From the NCBI GenBank assembly GCA_965216875.1, contig OZ244207.1:3040001-3104000 (forward strand): a stretch of 64,000 nt of DNA, given 5' to 3'. Origin of the DNA: Rubripirellula sp. GTDB taxonomy: Bacteria > Planctomycetota > Planctomycetia > Pirellulales > Pirellulaceae. Below are positions 58,710 through 64,000 of this stretch, piece after piece. The notes beneath the pieces are model-generated. The model saw nothing but the letters and a program-made list of their open reading frames with translations, was not told the DNA's origin and ran no database searches. The translations under genes and the position numbers were made by a program. How positions within the stretch are numbered: position 1 is the stretch's first letter; the number at the start of each line of letters is the position of its first letter.

Positions 58710-59480
58710 CTAACTGGTCAGCGCGCCGGTTACTACAGCCCAGTTGTAGTAGCCGGCGATCCCGGCCATCGAGCCGATCTGGTTGTCGCGTTCAAGCACT
58801 TCTCGGAAGTGCTGACGTGTGTCGCTATCCCAACGATAGGGACGCAGTTCTTTCTGTGAATAGAGGTCGGCAAAGTACTGGTCGTACAGGTCCGTTCCCT
58901 CGTGCTCTTCAAAGCTAATGTACAGCGCGACGGCCGGGTTGCCGTTGGCGTACGGACACTCTGTCAGCTCGCCGATTTGGCGAAAGCCCAAAACGCGTTT
59001 GTAGAGTTTTGCGTGTTTGGGGTGTGTCGCAGCAACAAGTGCGTCGATGCCGCGAACAAACGCCACCTGTGCCATCAGTCGCCCCATCTCGGCAAAGGTC
59101 TTGATGAACCGAACTTGGGAAGTTCGTCGGTCGGCCAGCCCGCCAATCTCGCCAAGCCGCAATCCGCGGCTCCGCAATTCACCGATCTCCTTTGGATACA
59201 TCGTCTGCATCGGCAGGCCAAGGTAGCCGTCACCAAAAAGGGTCAGCGTTGAAGTGACCTGTTCGCGCAGCTTTGCCACGATCACTTCGGTGGTCGGCAA
59301 CAAATGGTAAGGCGTGAGTCGAATGCCACTTGGTTTTTCGTTGACCAGACCGGCGTCGTAGTACGATTCAAAAGCAAGGCGAAAGGCGTCCGTGAGATCC
59401 TCGCGAGAGCGCGCAAGCGAATACACTTGCTGACTGCTCTTCGTCGACGCATCGCTAGGCGCTGCGAATGCATTGATCAT
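58710..59480 (-). CDS. FeeM-like N-acyl amino acid synthase (GNAT fold)
   Basis: AFRL..SY..GL, TLTL..D..GLP...Y, EIGGLA, HPKH..Y..LGF, NPAVAL pattern of FeeM/NasY-type synthases. Confidence 0.82.
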   Translation of the reverse strand: MINAFAAPSDASTKSSQQVYSLARSREDLTDAFRLAFESYYDAGLVNEKPSGIRLTPYHLLPTTEVIVAKLREQVTSTLTLFGDGYLGLPMQTMYPKEIGELRSRGLRLGEIGGLADRRTSQVRFIKTFAEMGRLMAQVAFVRGIDALVAATHPKHAKLYKRVLGFRQIGELTECPYANGNPAVALYISFEEHEGTDLYDQYFADLYSQKELRPYRWDSDTRQHFREVLERDNQIGSMAGIAGYYNWAVVTGALTS

Positions 59481-59791
59481 TTGGGGGAATCTCGTTCATA
59501 AGCTCGAAAAGTGTTTCCCATCGCGCGGGGCAAACGCGACATTCGGTGACAAGGGTCCCCCCGGAAACACTTGGTCTATCTCGAACTTAGGTCACGCACG
59601 CCAAGTGGTTTTGAAGTTCAAGCGGCGATGACGACGAATGGCCTTAATGTGTAACGATGGCACCGAAGCTGACGGTTGTTCAGGTTATTCAAGCATTCCC
59701 TGCGGAATGTCGCGTACTTACCGCTACGCGCGACCCACCGTCGCTAAGCTGAATAGAATAGGTGCGGGCACGACCGCCTCTCTTATTCGTC

Positions 59792-60856
59792 ATGACAACG
59801 CAATCTCAAGAACAATTTGAACCCTGGCAAGCTCCGCCCTGTCGCATTCGGATCATTGATGATGCCGAGGACAGATGGGTCGAACTTGAGCGACCCTATG
59901 CGCTCATTGGTTCCCATCGTTGTTGTGATATCCAAATTGGTGGTAGCAGCAGTATTCCGCCGGTCGCCTATTTCGTCTGCTGCCTCCCTGATAGTGTTGA
60001 AGTATGGCCCACTGCTGCAATCGCGTTTCCACGTTGGGGTGCGATCCGTCCCGACGTCGAACTGCTGGTCGGTCAAAGTCGAATCACGGTCCACCACCCC
60101 AACGTTGACCTGAACAACACCGCTCAACTTCCGTTCCTTTCCGATTCCATCATTGACACATCGATGACTTGGCCCGGCAAGAGCATCACCAAGTCGTTTC
60201 GTCGTCCCGTAACGATCGTCGGCGACACGCATCCCAGTGTGCTTCGCCTACACGGACGCGGTATGCACAAATGTCATTTCGCCGCAGTGACGTCGGGCGA
60301 GACGCTTTGGATGGTCAACATTTCGCCCACCAATCTCACCCACGAACAACGCGTTCGCTCACTAACACAGGCTGGCGATTCAACACGGTGCGGCGATGTG
60401 GTCGTTGAATTCATCGAGGCTCGACGCCGCGGAGGCGGCGAACGAAGCGAATCGTCGACACATGCACTTCAGCCGCTGCATCCCCAGTTGAATTCGACGG
60501 AGCCCAAGGGGCAAAAGGCTGCAAAAACCAAGAAAAAGCGTCGTCCAAAAGAAAAAAACCAGGACGAGGCAATGGAGCCTGAGAAGCCCAGCAACGAAGG
60601 CCCTCAACGCAAAGCCGTCGATCCTGCTGTGCTCGCTGCCGCATCCCAACCAGCATTGCCCAATGAAGACCCCGATGCGTTCCCGGATGTTCAAGAGGGC
60701 GACCTTGGTCTGACCGACCGCATGGTCTCGATGGAGAATTCAAAGCGAGGCAATCTGCGAATGATCAAACTAACCATCCTGTCGGCCGCCTTTTCCGTCG
60801 CAGGACTTCTCTGGGTGATCCTGCTCGTAAAGATGTACACCGACTGGTTCTCTTAG
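59792..60856 (+). CDS. Degenerate FHA-like domain protein with C-terminal TM
   Basis: ALIGSHRCCDIQI and TIVGDTHPSVLRL resemble two FHA N-terminal strands; low-complexity linker; TM at the end. Confidence 0.55.
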   Translation: MTTQSQEQFEPWQAPPCRIRIIDDAEDRWVELERPYALIGSHRCCDIQIGGSSSIPPVAYFVCCLPDSVEVWPTAAIAFPRWGAIRPDVELLVGQSRITVHHPNVDLNNTAQLPFLSDSIIDTSMTWPGKSITKSFRRPVTIVGDTHPSVLRLHGRGMHKCHFAAVTSGETLWMVNISPTNLTHEQRVRSLTQAGDSTRCGDVVVEFIEARRRGGGERSESSTHALQPLHPQLNSTEPKGQKAAKTKKKRRPKEKNQDEAMEPEKPSNEGPQRKAVDPAVLAAASQPALPNEDPDAFPDVQEGDLGLTDRMVSMENSKRGNLRMIKLTILSAAFSVAGLLWVILLVKMYTDWFS

Positions 60857-60896
60857 GCGGTTACTCGCCAACCATCCATCGAGATTCGGTCGCGAC

Positions 60897-61355
60897 TCAA
60901 AAGACGTTCTGTTGTTGTTCGAGCTTATGTACGCGACGCTCGAGCAACTCGATTTTCGCTGAGAGTCTAAGTATCAACTGGCGGAGGTCTTTGTCGTTCA
61001 TCTCCGGCACGGCCTCGGCAAGCGTCCGTCCGCCAAGGGCCTTCGATTCCTCCTTCGACAGCGGCGACCAAGCTTCGATCTGTTCTTTTACATCCAAGAT
61101 CTGGGCTTGCACCTCCGGTAGCGTCGGGTGTTTCGGTCCCATGCTCGCTTCCGTCCGTCGCAAATTCTTCAGCTCCTCGACAAGTTGTCGGCCACGTTCG
61201 GTCAACAGGGTTGCCCTAGGAACAACGTCACCGCTGCGCAAACGAATGGACTCCGAGCCGCCTCTCGTTCCCGATTGCCCGATTGCCACCGACGCTGCGA
61301 GTGCGATTGAAGTAACGCCAACAACAGATGTCAAGATAAGAGCACGGTAGCTCAC
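60897..61355 (-). CDS. Secreted coiled-coil hypothetical protein with GPKHP motif
   Basis: Signal peptide; MGPKHPTL..V..QI; C-terminal coiled coil. Confidence 0.65.
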   Translation of the reverse strand: MSYRALILTSVVGVTSIALAASVAIGQSGTRGGSESIRLRSGDVVPRATLLTERGRQLVEELKNLRRTEASMGPKHPTLPEVQAQILDVKEQIEAWSPLSKEESKALGGRTLAEAVPEMNDKDLRQLILRLSAKIELLERRVHKLEQQQNVF

Positions 61356-61652
61356 GAGACGACTCCTCTAGATACAGCACGGATCAAACTTCGGTTCACA
61401 TTATACGGGCTTGAACGATCCTAGCACCGCTCGGTTACCGAAACGATTTGACGTCACTGCACCAATGACGCCCTCTCGGAGGATTGATTGTCCGCACAAT
61501 CGTTTTCAAGCGAAACCAACGGCCTAGAAACCACTGTTGTTACCCGCATAGTGGGGCGCGTCACCCGGCGCCGCGCGAATTGCAGTCGTAGGCTTTAGGT
61601 GACAGATTCCGATCGTGCGCACAGGAGGCCTGCTTTTCGGCGGCAATGGAAC

Positions 61653-62657
61653 ATGCATACCGACCAATCCAACCCGGCAGAGCCGATCGTGCCATCCCCT
61701 GACTTGCCTCCAAACCTCGGCATCCCTCAACCGCACGGGAAGCTCGACCATCCACAGGTGCGACCGACGCCTGAGGCGTCGAGCCGCAAGATAAGCGTTG
61801 CCCTAGGCGGAGGTGGCGCGAGGGGCCTCGCGCATCTGGGCGTGATGAAGGCGATCGAAGAAAGTACCTTTGAAGTCGATCACATCAGCGGCACCAGTAT
61901 CGGCGCACTAGCAGGCGCGATGGTTGCCACCCGAGCCAACCACGCAGCGGTTGAAGGCGATGTCCTCGAATTCATCGCTTCGCCGGCATTCCAGAAACGG
62001 CAAAAACAGATGGCCGGGTCGGGCCATTCTGATTCCTCGATCGTGAATCCCGCCGGTTGGATTCGCCGGCTCAGAAAGGTGATCTCCGTGCAGAAGACCA
62101 TGACGCGTGCACTGCGCGGCGTCGCCGTCTTGCCTGAGTCGACACTGCGTCACGCGATCGATTCTCTTATTCCCGACGTCAACATCGAAGACCTCGAAAC
62201 GAGCCTGAGCATCGTTGCTGTCGATATCCTGAGCGGACAGCGTGTCGTCATCACCGAGGGATCGCTGCGAAACGCAGTGCGCGCCTCCGCCTCGATCCCG
62301 GGCGTCTTCCCACCTGTCCCCTGGGACAACATGCTGCTGGCCGACATCGGTGTTTACGAGTCGATCCCAACGATCACGGCGAAGCAATATGGAAGCGACC
62401 TGACGTTAGCGGTCGACGTCTCCCACGGTGATCTCAAAATTGATGGCTGCCGAAACATCCTCGAAGTCTTCCACCGGGTTCAAGAACTGGCTGAACATCA
62501 AATCCGGCAACACGCGCTACATCACGCCGATCATGTTGTCAGGCCGACGGTTGGCCGACGCGGAAGATTCGATTTCTCGATGCCCGAACAAGTGATCGAA
62601 ATCGGGTACAAGGCGGCAACCCAAACGCTCTCTCAGGTCGCAGCAACAACTGCGTGA
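61653..62657 (+). CDS. Patatin-like phospholipase (RssA/NTE type)
   Basis: LGGGGARG, GTSIG, ASASIPG; the DGG motif appears as DIG. Confidence 0.88.
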   Translation: MHTDQSNPAEPIVPSPDLPPNLGIPQPHGKLDHPQVRPTPEASSRKISVALGGGGARGLAHLGVMKAIEESTFEVDHISGTSIGALAGAMVATRANHAAVEGDVLEFIASPAFQKRQKQMAGSGHSDSSIVNPAGWIRRLRKVISVQKTMTRALRGVAVLPESTLRHAIDSLIPDVNIEDLETSLSIVAVDILSGQRVVITEGSLRNAVRASASIPGVFPPVPWDNMLLADIGVYESIPTITAKQYGSDLTLAVDVSHGDLKIDGCRNILEVFHRVQELAEHQIRQHALHHADHVVRPTVGRRGRFDFSMPEQVIEIGYKAATQTLSQVAATTA

Positions 62658-62660
62658 ATC

Positions 62661-63518
62661 TCACCCCAGCTCAGTTGCATCTTTGGGCTTGCGAAACAAT
62701 CGTAGAGGTGCAAGCAAGTTGTCGCGCATTCGAACTCCGGTTTTCGTTACCTGGCAAACGATCACCGTCGAATCTTCTTCACGTTGATTGCTGTCGCGAA
62801 TGAGTTTGACGAGGTGATTCAAACGACTCATCGGCTCACTGTGCGGTGAATCCTGCAGTGCCTCGAGCAACTTCTGATGTCCAACGAGGTTGCCCTCGGG
62901 GAATGCCGACTGGGCAAAGCCGTTGCCATACAAAACGATAATGTCACCAATTTCGAGTTTGGCCGTAACGTAGCGGTATTCGTCGCTTGCGAAAACACCC
63001 TCGGGTGCTTCGTCCTGGGCACTCATTTCTAACTCATCCACTTGCGATTGATCACAATCGCCGTGCAACACGTCCCAGACGCGTTCCTTCGAACGGAAAA
63101 CCAAGGGTGGTGGATTGCCAATGTTGCACATCACGAAGCTTCGTGTTGGGGCGAAGTAAGTTGCAACCGATGCTGTTGCGAATCCGCCCTGCTCAGCAAA
63201 GCTGCGGAATTGGTCGCTCATCATCGTGACGACTCGGTTTTGCCAAATCGAGTTGATGTTCTTGAGGAGACCGTTCCTCATTTCACACGACAGTCGCTTG
63301 AAGACGTCGGCTGAACCGCAGATATCTGCGATCATGATTCGGGTGATTCGCCCCGAAGCACACGAAGAGATGTAATGCACCTCACCACCGCCATTCATGC
63401 AGTGGCTCGATTGCTGGCTGGACACCTGCATCGCCAAGCCTGGCATTTCATACCCAGCCTGATATGTCAAACGCCCGCCTGTCACCTCCATGCAGTTTCT
63501 GCGTTTGGTATTTTCCAT
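62661..63518 (-). CDS. SpoIIE/PP2C-like phosphatase domain protein (degenerate)
   Basis: GGEVH, IADICG, FAT, NIGNPPPL, GD..VLYGNG, EDSTV. Confidence 0.75.
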   Translation of the reverse strand: MENTKRRNCMEVTGGRLTYQAGYEMPGLAMQVSSQQSSHCMNGGGEVHYISSCASGRITRIMIADICGSADVFKRLSCEMRNGLLKNINSIWQNRVVTMMSDQFRSFAEQGGFATASVATYFAPTRSFVMCNIGNPPPLVFRSKERVWDVLHGDCDQSQVDELEMSAQDEAPEGVFASDEYRYVTAKLEIGDIIVLYGNGFAQSAFPEGNLVGHQKLLEALQDSPHSEPMSRLNHLVKLIRDSNQREEDSTVIVCQVTKTGVRMRDNLLAPLRLFRKPKDATELG

Positions 63519-63666
63519 TGAGTCCTCGAAAACGTGGTTTTGTTAAGACTATAGGCAGCTGACAATGGTTGGCAACTCGCCGCACCAAACACTGCGAATT
63601 ACGGGCAAAAAGGCCCCAAATCTCGTCACCGTGCCGGGTAGCAGCACCGAGCTCCAGCCCGATCCT

Positions 63667-63999
63667 TCACGCTTCCCGCTCAACTGCGGCGCCACGAAAT
63701 CGCGGTGGTAGCGGGACAAACGAGCTGGTCCGTTCGATGTAGTCCTGGTACGCCGCCGACCGTCTCGCAAGATCCTTCTCCAGTAGCGGCACACCTGAGA
63801 CCTTGCACAATAGAAACGTCATCACGATCGGACTAACAACCGTCCAACCTGTTGACCAGCTGGCCCCAATGAGGAACAGCCCCCACCAGATCAAAGCGTT
63901 GCCAAAGTAGTTGGGATGCCGCGAGTACCTCCACAAGCCCGAATCCAACACCATGGACGGCTCCGTCCGTGACGCTCGAAATCGCGTGAGTTGGTAGTC
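63667..63999 (-). CDS. DUF1295 / steroid 5-alpha reductase-like membrane protein (5'-truncated)
   Basis: DYQLTRF, GLWRYSRHPNYFG, SGVPLLE, Y..RTSSFVP. The frame is open to the window end. Confidence 0.88.
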   Translation of the reverse strand, partial: DYQLTRFRASRTEPSMVLDSGLWRYSRHPNYFGNALIWWGLFLIGASWSTGWTVVSPIVMTFLLCKVSGVPLLEKDLARRSAAYQDYIERTSSFVPLPPRFRGAAVEREA

Positions 64000-64000
64000 A

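Noticed and set aside
58710..59480. LuxI-type AHL synthase
   Set aside because: It lacks the LuxI R..F..W / E.D.D pattern and has no adjacent LuxR; it fits the FeeM type better.
1..64000. tRNA, rRNA, IS/transposase, integrase, prophage
   Set aside because: No supporting motifs were seen by eye.

Overview
Bacterial DNA, almost certainly Planctomycetota (Pirellulaceae-like). The evidence is a Planc_extracel-type 'RRRRARVEQLEDRRVLA' leader, a planctomycete-style Ser/Thr kinase-STAND protein and a planctomycete-style exosortase/Wzc/TPR/EpsI block. The core is a ~40-kb minus-strand run (52384 down to 12502) encoding an exosortase/PEP-CTERM plus Wzx/Wzc-type exopolysaccharide system. It contains xrt, wzc, a 1597-aa TPR protein, epsI, a priming transferase, two deacetylases, a flippase, six GT4, two GT2 (one broken by a perfect 26-bp tandem duplication), GT61, an O-antigen-ligase-like protein, an ATP-grasp/LMW-PTP fusion, an acyltransferase, two methyltransferases, a heparinase II/III-like protein, an AlgD-like dehydrogenase, VanZ and two tandem PEP-CTERM paralogs with EF-hand loops. 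On the left is a small-molecule operon: acyl-CoA ligase, thioester-reductase-like SDR, VAO/PCMH-type flavin oxidase with an intact phenolate-binding Tyr/Tyr/Arg, SAM methyltransferase, TolC and a periplasmic binding protein. On the right are a third PEP-CTERM protein, a large modular surface protein that appears to share its domain, and a FeeM-like N-acyl amino acid synthase. The best candidate system is an N-acyl-tyrosine (Fee/stieleriacine-like) pathway split across both flanks of a PEP-CTERM/EPS biofilm island. No rRNA, tRNA, CRISPR array or transposase was seen. All family calls come from motif recognition by eye; no database searches were run.
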